Below are positions 25,701 to 37,700 of a stretch of DNA of 64,000 bases, piece after piece (position 1 is the first letter of the stretch; each line of letters opens with the position of its first letter). The position numbers and the translations under genes are program-made. The notes under the pieces were generated by a model. It worked only from the letters and a program-made list of their open reading frames with translations. It was not told the origin of the DNA and searched no databases. Source of the stretch: the human T2T-CHM13v2.0 reference genome, Homo sapiens; the NCBI RefSeq assembly GCF_009914755.1, contig NC_060925.1; one strand, given 5' to 3'.

Positions 25701-28700
25701 GGCCTGAAAGCGCTCCAAATGTCCACTTGGAGACTCTACGAAAAGAATGTTTCAAAACTGCTCTATGAAAAGCAATGTTATACTCTGGGAGATGAACACA
25801 AGCCTCACAAAGGAGTTTCTGAGAATGCTTCTGTTTACTTTTTACGTGAAGATATTCCCGTTTCCAAAGAAATCTTCACAGAGTTCCACCTATCCATTTG
25901 CAGATGCTAGAAAAAGAGAGTTTCAAAACTGCTCTATCAAAAGGAATGTTCAACTCTGTGACTTGAATGCAATCATCACAGAGAAGTTTCTGAGAAGGCT
26001 TCTGTCTAGATTTTATGTGAAGATATACCCGTTTCGAACGAAGGCCACAAAGTGCTCCAAATATCCACTTGCAGGTCCTCCAACAAGAGTGTTTCAAACG
26101 CGAACTATCAAAGGAAGGTTCAACTCTGGACTTTGAATGCAAACGTCAGAAAGATGTTTCTGCGAAAGCTTCTGTTTAGTTAGGTGACATTATCCCGTTT
26201 CCAACGAAATCCTCAGAGAGGTGAAATATCCACCTGCAGATTCTGCAAAAAGTGTGTTTCCAAACTGCTCCACCCAAAGGAATGTTCAGCTCTGTGAGTT
26301 AAACTCAATCATCACAAAGTATTTTCTGAGAATGCTTCTGTCTAGTTTTTACATGAAGCTGTTTCCTTTACTACCGTAGGCCTCAAAGCGTTCCAAATCT
26401 CCACTTGCAGATACTACGAAAACGGCGTTTCAACCTGAACTCACAAGGGAAGGTTCAACTCTGTCAGTTGAATGCCAACATCACAAAAAGTTCTGGGAAT
26501 GTTACTCTTCAGTTATGTGAGTTTTATCCCGTTTCCAACGAAATTCTCAGAGAAGTACAAATATCCGCTAGCATATTTTACAAAAAGTGTGTTTTGAAAA
26601 TGCTCCATCAAAAGATATGCTCAGCTCTGTGAGTTAAACTCAATCATCACAAAGAATTTTCTGAGAATGCTTCTGTCTTGTTTTAGGATGAAGTTACTTC
26701 CTTTACGACGATAGGCCTCAAAGAGGTTCAAATCTCCAATTGCAGATTGTGCAGAAGGAGTGTTTCTAACCTGAACTATCAGAGAATGGTTCAACACTGT
26801 GAGTTGAATACAAGCATCACGAAGAAGGTTCTGAGAATGCTTCTGTTTAGATAGGTGAGTTTTCTCCCGTATCCAACGAAATCCTCAGAGAGGTCCAAAT
26901 ATCCACTTGCAGATTCTACAGAAAGTGTGTTTTGAAACTGCTCCATCCAAAAGAATGTTCAGCTCTGTGAGTTGAACTCAATGGTCACAAAGTGTTTCCT
27001 AGGAATGCTACTGTCTAGTTTTTATGTGCAGTTATATCCTCTGCTGCCATAGGCCTCAAAGCGGTCCAAATCTCACCTTTCAGATTCTACCAAAAGTGTG
27101 TTTCCAAACGGCTCTATCAAAGGGAATGTTCAACTCTGTGACTTGAATGCAATCATCACAAAGCAGTTTCTGAGAATGCTTCCATGTAGCTTTTATGAGC
27201 AGATATTTCCTTTTCCACCCCAGGCCTCGAAGCCCTCCAAATGTCCCCTTGCAGATGCTAGAAAGAGAGGGTTTCAAAGCTGCTCTATCAAAAGGAAAGT
27301 ACAACTCTGTGAGTTGAATGCAAACATCACAAAGAAGTTCCTGAGCATGCTTCCGTTTAGCTTTTATGGGAAGATTATCCCTTTTCCGTCGAAATGTTCA
27401 AAGAGGTCCACATATCCGCTTGCAGATTCCACCGAAAGAGTGTTTCCAAACTGCTGTATCAAAAGGAATCTTCAACTCCGTGAGTTGAATGCAATCATCA
27501 CAAAGAAGTTTCTGACAACGCTTCTCTCTAGTTTTTATGTGAAGATATTTCCTTTTCCACCACAGGCCTGAAAGCGCTCCAAATGTCCACTTGGAGAATC
27601 TACGAAAAGAATGTTTCAAAACTGCTCTATGAAAAGCAATGTTATACTCTGGGAGATGAACAGAAGCCTCACAAAGTAGTTTCTGAGAATGCTTCTGTTT
27701 ACTTTTTACGTGAAGATATTCCCGTTTCCAAAGAAATCTTCACAGAGTTCCACCTATCCATTTGCAGATGCTAGAAAAAGAGAGTTTCAAAACTGCTCTA
27801 TCAAAAGGAATGTTCAACTCTGTGAGTTGAATGCAATCATCACAGAGAAGTTTCTGAGAAGGCTTCTGTCTAGATTTTATGTGAAGATATACCCGCTTCG
27901 AACGAAGGCCACAAAGTGCTCCAATTATCCACTTGCAGGTCCTCCAACAAGAGTGTTTCAAACGTGAACTATCAAAGGAAGGTTCAACTCTGGACTTTGA
28001 ATGCAAACGTCAGAAAGATGTTTCTGCGAAAGATTCTGTTTAGTTAGGTGACGTTATCCCGTTTCCAAAGAAATCCTCAGAGAGGTCCAAATATCCACCT
28101 GCAGATACTGCAAAAAGTGTATTTCCAAACTGCTCCACCCAAAGGAATGTTCAGCTCTGTGAGTTAAACTCAATCATCACAAAGTATTTTCTGAGAATGC
28201 TTCTGTCCAGTTTTTACATGAAGCTGTTTCCTTTGAGACCATAGGCCTCAAAGCGTTCCAAATCTCCACTTGCAGATACTACGAAAAGAGCGTTTCAACC
28301 CGAACTCAAAAGGGAAGGTTCAACTCTGTCAGTTGAATGCCAACATCACAAAGAAGTTCTGGGAATGTTTCTCTTCAGTTATGTGAGTTTTATCCCGTTT
28401 CCAACGAAATTCTCAGAGAAGTACAAATATCCACTTGCATATTCTACAAAAAGTGTGTTTTGAAAATACTCCATCAAAAGATATGCTCAGCTCTGTGAGT
28501 TAAACTCAATCATCACAAAGAATTTTCTGAGAATGCTTCTGTCTTGTTTTAGGATGAAGTTATTTCCTTTACGACGATAGGCCTCAAAGAGGTCCAAATC
28601 TCCACTTGCAGATTCTGCAGAAGGAGTGTTTCAAACCTGAACTATCAGAGAAAGGTTCAACACTGTGAGTTGAATGCAAGCATCACGAAGAAGGTTCTCA

Positions 28701-31700
28701 GAATGCTTCTGTTTAGATAAGTGAGTTTTCTCCCGTATCCAACGAAATCCTCAGAGAGGTCCAAATATCCACTTGCAGATTCTACAGAAAGTGTGTTTTG
28801 AAACTGCTCCATCCAAAGGAATGTTGAGCTCTGTGAGTTGAACTCAATCGTCACAAAGTGTTTCTTGGGAATGCTACTGTCTAGTTTTTATGTGCAGTTA
28901 TATCCTCTGCTGCCATAGTCCTCAAAGCGGTTCAAATCTCCCCTTTCAGATCCTACCAAAAGTGTGTTTCCAAACGGCTGTATCAAAGGGAATGTTCAAC
29001 TCTGTGACTTGAATGCAATCATCACAAAGCAGTTTCTGAGAATGCTTCCATGTAGCTTTTATGAGCAGATATTTCCTTTTTCACCCCAGGCCTCGGAGCC
29101 CTCCAAATGTCCACTTGCAGATGCTAGAAAGAGAGGGTTTCAAAGCTGCTCTATCAAAAGGAAAGTACAACTCTGTGAGTTGAATGCAAACATCACAAAG
29201 AAGTTCCTGAGCATGCTTCCGTTTAGCTTTTATGGGAAGATTATCCCTTTTCCATCGAAATGTTCAAAGAGGTCCGCATATCCACTTGCAGATTCCACCG
29301 AAAGAGTGTTTCCAAACTGCTGTATCAAAAGGAATCTTCAACTCCGTGAGTTGAATGCAATCATCACAAAGAAGTTTCTGACAATGCTGCTCTCTAGTTT
29401 TTATGTGAAGATATTTCCTTTTCCACCACAGGCCAGAAAGCGCTCCAAATGTCCACTTGGAGACTCTACGAAAAGAATGTTTCAAAACTGCTCTATGAAA
29501 AGCAATGTTACACTCTGGGGGTTGAACACAAGCCTCACAAAGGAGTTTCTGAGAATGCTTCTGTTTACTTTTTACGTGAAGATATTCCCGTTTCCAAAGA
29601 AATCTTCACAGAGTTCCACCTATCCATTTGCAGATGCTAGAAAAATAGAGTTTCAAAACTGCTCTATCAAAAGGAATGTTCAACTCTGTGAGTTGAATGC
29701 AATCATCGCAGAGAAGTTTCTGAGAAGGCTTCTGTCTAGATTTTTTGTGAAGATATACCCGTTTCGAACGAAGACCACAAAGTGCTCCAAATATCCACTT
29801 GCAGGACCTCCAACAAGAGTGTTTCAAACGTGAACTATCAAAGGAAGGTTCAACTCTGGACTTTGAATGTAAACGTCAGAAAGATGTTTCTGCGAAAGCT
29901 TCTGTTTAGTTAGGTGACGTTATCCCGTTTCCAACGAAATCCTCAGAGAGGTCCAAATATCCACCTGCAGATTCTGCAAAAAGTGTGTTTCCAAACTGCT
30001 CCACCCAAAGGAATGTTCAGCTCTGTGAGTTAAACTCAATCATCACAAAGTATTTTCTGAGAATGCTTCTGTCCAGTTTTTACATGAAGCTGTTTCCTTT
30101 ACTACCGTAGGCCTCAAAGCGTTCCAAATCTCCACTTGCAGATACTACGAAAAGAGCGTTTCAACCCGAACTCACAAGGGAAGGTTCAACTCTGTCAGTT
30201 GAATGCCAACATCACAAAGAAGTTCTGGGAATGTTTCTCTTCAGTTATGTGAGTTTTATCCCGTTTCCAACGAAATTCTCAGAGAAGTACAAATATCCAC
30301 TTGCATATTCTACAAAAAGTGTGTTTTGAAAATGCTCCATCAAAAGATATGCTCAGCTCTGTGAGTTAAACTCAATCATCACAAAGAATTTTCTGAGAAT
30401 GCTTCTGTCTTGTTTTAGGATGAAGATATTTTCCTTTACGACGATAGGCCTCAAAGAGGTCCAAATCTCCACTTGCAGATTCTGCAGAAGGAGTGTTTCA
30501 AACCTGAACTATCAGAGAAAGGTTCAACACTGTGAGTTGAATGCAAGCATCACGAAGAAGGTTCTGAGAATGCTTCTGTTTAGATAGGTGAGTTTTCTCC
30601 CGTATCCAACGAAATCCTCAGAGAGGTCCAAATATCCACTTGCAGATTCTACAGAAAGTGTGTTTTGAAACTGCTCCAAACAAAGGAATGTTCAGCTCTG
30701 TGAGTTGAACTCAATCGTCACAAAGTGTTTCCTGGGAATGCTACTGTCTAGTTTTTATGTGCAGTTATATCCTCTGCTGCCATAGGCCTCAAAGCGGTCC
30801 AAATCTCCCCTTTCAGATTCTACCAGAAGTGTGTTTCCAAACGGCTCTATCAAAGGGAATGTTCAACTCTGTGACTTGAATGCAATCATCACAAAGCAGT
30901 TTCTGAGAATGCTTCCATGTAGCTTTTATGAGAAGATATTTCCTTTTCCACCCCAGGCCTCGAAGCCCTCCAAATATCCCCTTGCAGATGCTAGAAAGAG
31001 AGGGTTTCAAAGCTGCTCTATCAAAAGTAAAGTACAACTCTGTGAGTTGAATGCAAACATCACAAAGAAGTTCCTGAGCATGCTTCCGTTTAGCTTTCAT
31101 GGGAAGATTATCCCTTTTCCATCGAAATATTCAAAGAGGTCCGCATATCCGCTTGCAGATTCCACTGAAAGAGTGTTTCCAAACTGCTGTATCAAAAGGA
31201 ATCTTCAACTCCGTGAGTTGAATGCAATCATCACAAAGAAGTTTCTGACAATGCTTCTCTCTAGTTTTTATGTGAAGATATTTCCTTTTCCACCACAGGC
31301 CAGAAAGCGCTCCTAATGTCCACTTGGGGACTCTACGACAAGAATGTTTCAAAACTGCTCTATGAAAAGCAATGTTATTCTCTGGGAGTTGAACACAAGC
31401 CTCACAAAGGAGTTTCTGAGAATGCTTCTGTTTACTTTTTACGTGAAGATATTCCCGTTTCCAAAGAAATCTTCACAGAGTTCCACCTATCCATTTGCAG
31501 ATGCTAGAAAAAGAGAGTTTCAAAACTGCTCTATCAAAAGGAATGTTCAAATCTGTGAGTTGAATGCAATCATCGCAGAGAAGTTTCTGAGAAGGCTTCT
31601 GTCTAGATTTTATGTGAAGATATACCCGTTTCGAACAAAGGCCACAAAGTGCTCCAAATATCCACTTGCAGGTCCTCCAACAAGAGTGTTTCAAACGTGA

Positions 31701-34700
31701 ACTATCAAAGGAAGGTTCAACTCTGGACTTTGAATGCAAACGTCAGAAAGATGTTTCTGCGAAAGCTTCTGTATAGTTAGGTGACGTTATCCCGTTTCCA
31801 ACGAAATCCTCAGAGAGGTCCAAATATCCACCTGCAGATTCTGCAAAAAGTGTGTTTCCAAACTGCTCCACCCAAAGGCATGTTCAGCTCTGTGAGTTAA
31901 ACTCAATCATCACAAAGTATTTTCTGAGAATGCTTCTGTCCACTTTTTACATGAAGCTGTTTCCTTTACTACCGTAGGCCTCAAAGCGTTCCAAAACTCC
32001 ACTTGAAGATACTACGAAAAGAGCGTTTCAACCTGAACTCACAAGGGAAGGTTCAACTCTGTCAGTTGAATGCCAACATCACAAAGAAGTTCTGGGAAAG
32101 TTTCTCTTCAGTTATGTGAGTTTTATCCCGTTTCCAACGAAATTCTCAGAGAAGTACAAATATCCACTTGCATATTCTACAAAAAGTGTGTTTTGAAAAT
32201 GCTCCATCAAAAGATATGCTCAGCTCTGTGAGTTAAACTCAATCATCACAAAGAATTTTCTGAGTATGCTTCTGTCTTGTTTTAGGATGAAGTTATTTCC
32301 TTTACGACGATAGGCCTCAAAGAGTTCCAAATCTCCACTTGCAGATTCTGCAGAAGGAGTGTTTCAAACCTGAACTATCAGAGAAAGGTTCAACACTGTG
32401 AGTTGAATGCAAGCATCACGAAGAGGGTTCTGAGAATGCTTCTGTTTAGATAAGTGAGTTTTCTCCCGTATCCAACGAAATCCTCAGAGAGGTCCAAATA
32501 TCCACTTGCAGATTCTACAGAAAGTGTGTTTTGAAACTGCTCCATCCAAAGCAATGTTCAGCTGTGTGAGTTGAACTCCATCGTCACAAAGTGTTTCCTT
32601 GGAATGCTACTGTCTAGTTTTTATGTGCAGTTATATCCTCTGCTGCCATAGGCCTCAAAGCGGTCCAAGTCTCCCCTTTCAGATTCTACCAAAAGTGTGT
32701 TTCCAAACGGGTCTATCAAAGGGAATGTTCAACTGTGTGACTTGAATGCAATCATCACAAAGCAGTTTCTGAGAATGCTTCCATGTAGCTTTTATGAGAA
32801 GATATTTCCTTTTCCACCCCAGGCCTCGAAGCCCTCCAAATGTCCCCTTGCAGATGCTAGAAAGAGAGGGTTTCAAAGCTGCTCTATCAAAAGGAAAGTA
32901 CAACTCTGTGAGTTGAATGCAAACATCACAAAGAGGTTCCTGAGCATGCTTCCGTTTAGCTTTTATGGGAAAATTATCCGTTTTCCATCGCAATGTTCAA
33001 AGAGGTCCACATATCCGCTTGCAGATTCCACCGAAAGAGTGTTTCCAAACTGCTGTATCAAAAGGAATATTCAACTCCCTGAGTTGAATGCAATCATCAC
33101 AAAGAAGTTTCTGACAATGCTTCTCTCTAGTTTTTATGTGAAGATATTTCCTTTTCCACCACAGGTGTGAAAGCGCTCCAAATGTCCACTTGGAGACTCT
33201 ACGAAAAGAATGTTTCAAAACTTCTCTATGAAAAGCAATGTTATACTCTGGGAGATGAACATAAGCCTCACAAAGGAGTTTCTCAGAATGCTTCTGTTTA
33301 CTTTTTACGTGAAGATATTCCCGTTTCCAAAGAAATCTTCACAGAGTTCCACCTATCCATTTGCAGATGCTAGAAAAAGAGAGTTTGAAAACTGCTCTAT
33401 CAAAAGGAATGTTCAACTCTGTGAGTTGAATGCAATCATCACAGAGAAGTTTCTGAGAAGGCTTCTGTCTAGACTTTATGTGAAGATATACCCGTTTCGA
33501 ACGAGGGCCACAAAGTGCTCCAAATATCCACTTGCAGGTCCTCCAACAAGAGTGTTTCATACGTGAACTATCAAAGGAAGGTTCAACTCTGGACTTTGAA
33601 TGCAAACGTCAGAAAGATGTTTCTGCGAAAGCTTCTGTTTAGTTAGGTGACGTTATCCCGTTTCCAACGAAATCCTCAGAGAGGTCCAAATATCCACCTG
33701 CAGATTCTGCAAAAAGTGTGTTTCCAAACTGCTCCACTCAAAGGCATGTTCAGTTCTGTGAGTTAAACTCTATCATCACAAAGTATTTTCTGAGAATGCT
33801 TCTGTCCAGTTTTTACATGAAGCTGTTTCCTTTACTACCGTAGGCCTCAAAGCGTTCCAAATCTCCACTTGCAGATACTACGAAAAGGGCGTTTCAACCT
33901 GAACTCACAAGGGAAGGTTCAACTCTGTCAGTTGAATGCCAACATCACAAAAAGTTCTGGGAATGTTACTCTTCAGTTATGTGAGTTTTATCCCGTTTCC
34001 AACAAAATTCACAGAGAAGTACAAATATCCACTTGCATATTCTACAAAAAGTGTATTTTGAAAATGCTCCATCAAAAGATATGCTCAGCTCTGTGAGTTA
34101 AACTCAATCATCACAAAGAATTTTCTGAGAATACTTCCGTCTTGTTTTAGGATGAAGTTATTTCCTTTACGACGATAGGCCTCAAAGAGTTCCAAATCTC
34201 CACTTGCAGATTCTGCAGAAGGAGTGTTTCAAACCTGAACTCTCAGAGAAAGGTTCAACACTGTGAGTTGAATGCAAGCATCACGAAGAGGGTTCTGAGA
34301 ATGCTTTTTTTAGATAAGTGAGTTTTCTCCCGTATTCAACGAAATCCTCAGAGAGGTCCAAATATCCACTTGCAGATTCTACAGAAAGTGTGTTTTGAAA
34401 CTGCTCCATCGAAAGGAATGTTCAGCTGTGTGAGTTGAACTTAATCGTCACAAAGTGTTTCCTGGGAATGCTACTGTCTAGTTTTTATGTGCAGTTATAT
34501 CCTCTGCTTCCATAGGCCTCAAATCGGTCCAAGTCTCCCCTTTCAGATTCTACCAAAAGTGTGTTTCCAAACGGCTCTATCAAAGGGAATGTTCAACTCT
34601 GTGACTTGAATGCAATCATCACAAAGCAGTTTCTGAGAATGCTTCCATGTAGCTTTTATGAGCAGATATTTCCTTTTCCACCCCAGGCCTCGAAGCCCTC

Positions 34701-37700
34701 CAAATGTCCCCTTGCAGATGCTAGAAAGAGAGGGTTTCAAAGCTGCTCTATCAAAAGGAAAGTACAACTCTGTGAGTTGAATGCAAACATCACAAAGAAG
34801 CTCCTGAGCATGCTTCCGTTTAGCTTTCATGGGAAGATTATCCCTTTTCCATCGAAATGTTCAAAGAGGTCCACATATCCGCTTGCAGATTCCACCGAAA
34901 GAGTGTTTCCAAACTGCTGTATCAAAAGGAATCTTCAACTCCGTGAGTTGAATGCAATCATCACAAAGAAGTTTCTGACAATGCTTCTCTCTAGTTTTTA
35001 TGTGAAGATATTTCCTTTTCCACCACAGGCCTGAAAGCGCTCCAAATGTCCACTTGGAGACTCTACGAAAAGAATGTTTCAAAACTGCTCTATGAAAAGC
35101 AATGTTATACTCTGGGAGATGAACACAAGCCTCACAAAGGAGTTTCTGAGAATGCTTCTGTTTACTTTTTACGTGAAGATATTCCCGTTTCCAAAGAAAT
35201 CTTCACAGAGTTCCACCTATCCATTTGCAGATGCTAGAAAAAGAGAGTTTCAAAACTGCTCTATCAAAAGGAATGTTCAACTCTGTGAGTTGAATGCAAT
35301 CATCACAGAGAAGTTTCTGAGAAGGCTTCTGTCTAGACTTTATGTGAAGATATACCCGTTTCGAACGAGGGCCACAAAGTGCTCCAAATATCCACTTGCA
35401 GGTCCTCCAACAAGAGTGTTTCATACGTGAACTATCAAAGGAAGGTTCAACTCTGGACTTTGAATGCAAACGTCAGAAAGATGTTTCTGCGAAAGCTTCT
35501 GTTTAGTTGGGTGACGTTATCCCGTTTCCAAAGAAATCCTCAGAGAGGTCCAAATATCCACCTGCAGATTCTGCAAAAAGTGTGTTTCCAAACTGCTCCA
35601 CCCAAAGGAATGTTCAGCTCTGTGAGTTAAACTCAATCATCACAAAGTATTTTCTGAGAATGCTTCTGTCCAGTTTTTACATGAAGCTGTTTCCTTTACT
35701 ACCGTAGGCCTCAAAGCGTTCCAAATCTCCACTTGCAGATACTACGAAAAGGGCGTTTCAACCTGAACTCACAAGGGAAGGTTCAACTCTGTCAGTTGAA
35801 TGCCAACATCACAAAAAGTTCTGGGAATGTTACTCTTCAGTTATGTGAGTTTTATCCCGTTTCCAACGAAATTCTCAGAGAAGTACAAATATCCACTTGC
35901 ATATTCTACAAAAAGTGTGTTTTGAAAATGCTCCATCAAAAGATATGCTCAGCTCTGTGAGTTAAACTCAATCATCACAAAGAATTTTCTGAGAATGCTT
36001 CTGTCTTGTTTTAGGATGAAGTTATTTCCTTTACGACGATAGGCCTCAAAGAGGTCCAAATCTCCACTTGCAGATTCTGCAGAAGGAGTGTTTCAAACCT
36101 GAACTATCAGAGAATGGTTCAACACTGTGTGTTGAATGCAAGCATCACGAAGAAGGTTCTGAGAATGCTTCTGTTTAGATAGGTGAGTTTTCTCCCGTAT
36201 CCAACGAAATCCTCAGAGAGGTCCAAATATCCACTTGCAGATTCTACAGAAAGTGTGTTTTGAAACTGCTACATCCAAAGGAATGTTCAGCTCTGTGAGT
36301 TGAACTCAATCGTCACAAAGTGTTTCCTGGGGATGCTACTGTCTAGTTTTTATGGGCAGTTATATCCTCTGCTGCCATAGGCCTCAAAGCGGTCCAAATC
36401 TCCCCTTTCAGATTCTACCAAAAGTGTGTTTCCAAAAGGCTCTATCAAAGGGAATGTTCAACTCTGTGACTTGAATGCAATCATCACAAAGCAGTTTCTG
36501 AGAATGCTTCCATGTAGCTTTTATGAGAAGATATTTCCTTTTCCACCCCAGCCTCGAAGCCCTCCAAATGTCCCCTTGCAGATGCTAGAAAGAGAGGGTT
36601 TCAAAGCTGCTCTATCAAAAGGAAAGTACAACTCTGTGAGTTGAATGCAAACATCACAAAGAGGTTCCTGAGCATGCTTCCGTTTAGCTTTTATGGGAAG
36701 ATTATCCGTTTTCCATCTCAATGTTCAAAGAGGTCCACATATCCGCTTGCAGATTCCACCGAAAGAGTGTTTCCAAACTGCTGTATCAAAAGGAATCTTC
36801 AACTCCGTGAGTTGAATGCAATCATCACAAAGAAGTTTCTGACAATGCTTCTATCTAGTTTTTATGTGAAGATATTTCCTTTGCCACCACAGGCCTGAAA
36901 GCACTCCAAATGTCCACTTGGAGACTCTACGAAAAGAATGTTTCAAAACTGCTCTATGAAAAGCAATGTTATACTCTGGGAGATGAACACAAGCCTCACA
37001 AAGGAGTTTCTGAGAATGCTTCTGTTTACTTTTTACGTGAAGATATTCCCGTTTCCTAAGAAATCTTCACAGAGTTCCACCTATCCATTTGCAGATGCTA
37101 GAAAAAGAGAGTTTCAAAACTGCTCTATCAAAAGGAATGTTCAACTCTGTGAGTTGAATGCAATCATCACAGAGAAGTTTCTGAGAAGGCTTCTGTCTAG
37201 ATTTTATGTGAAGATATAACCGTTTCGAACGAAGGCCACAAAGTGCTCCAAATATCCACTTGCAGGTCCTCCAACAAGAGTGTTTCAAACGTGAACTATC
37301 AAAGGAAGGTTCAACTCTGGACTTTGAATGCAAACGTCAGAAAGATGGTTCTGCGAAAGCTTCTGTTTAGTTAGGTGACGTTATCCCGTTTCCAACGAAA
37401 TCCTCAGAGAGGTCCAAATATCCACCTGCAGATTCTGCAAAAAGTGTGTTTCCAAACTGCTCCACCCAAAGGAATGTTCAGCTCTGTGAGTTAAACTCAA
37501 TCATCACAAAGTATTTTCTGAGAATGCTTCTGTCCACTTTTTACATGAAGCTGTTTCCTTTACTACCGTAGGCCTCAAAGCGTTCCAAATCTCCACTTGC
37601 AGATACTACGAAAAGAGCGTTTCAACCTGAACTCACAAGGGAAGGTTCAACTCTGTCAGTTGAATGCCAACGTCACAAAGAAGTTCTGGGAATGTTTCTC

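Noticed and set aside
28964-29833. Longest ORF, 289 aa
   Set aside because: It arises only because two stop codons are absent in this copy (tag to tat, cctga to ccaga) across five consecutive 171-bp in-frame monomers. The other copies are interrupted, and there is no sign of coding constraint.
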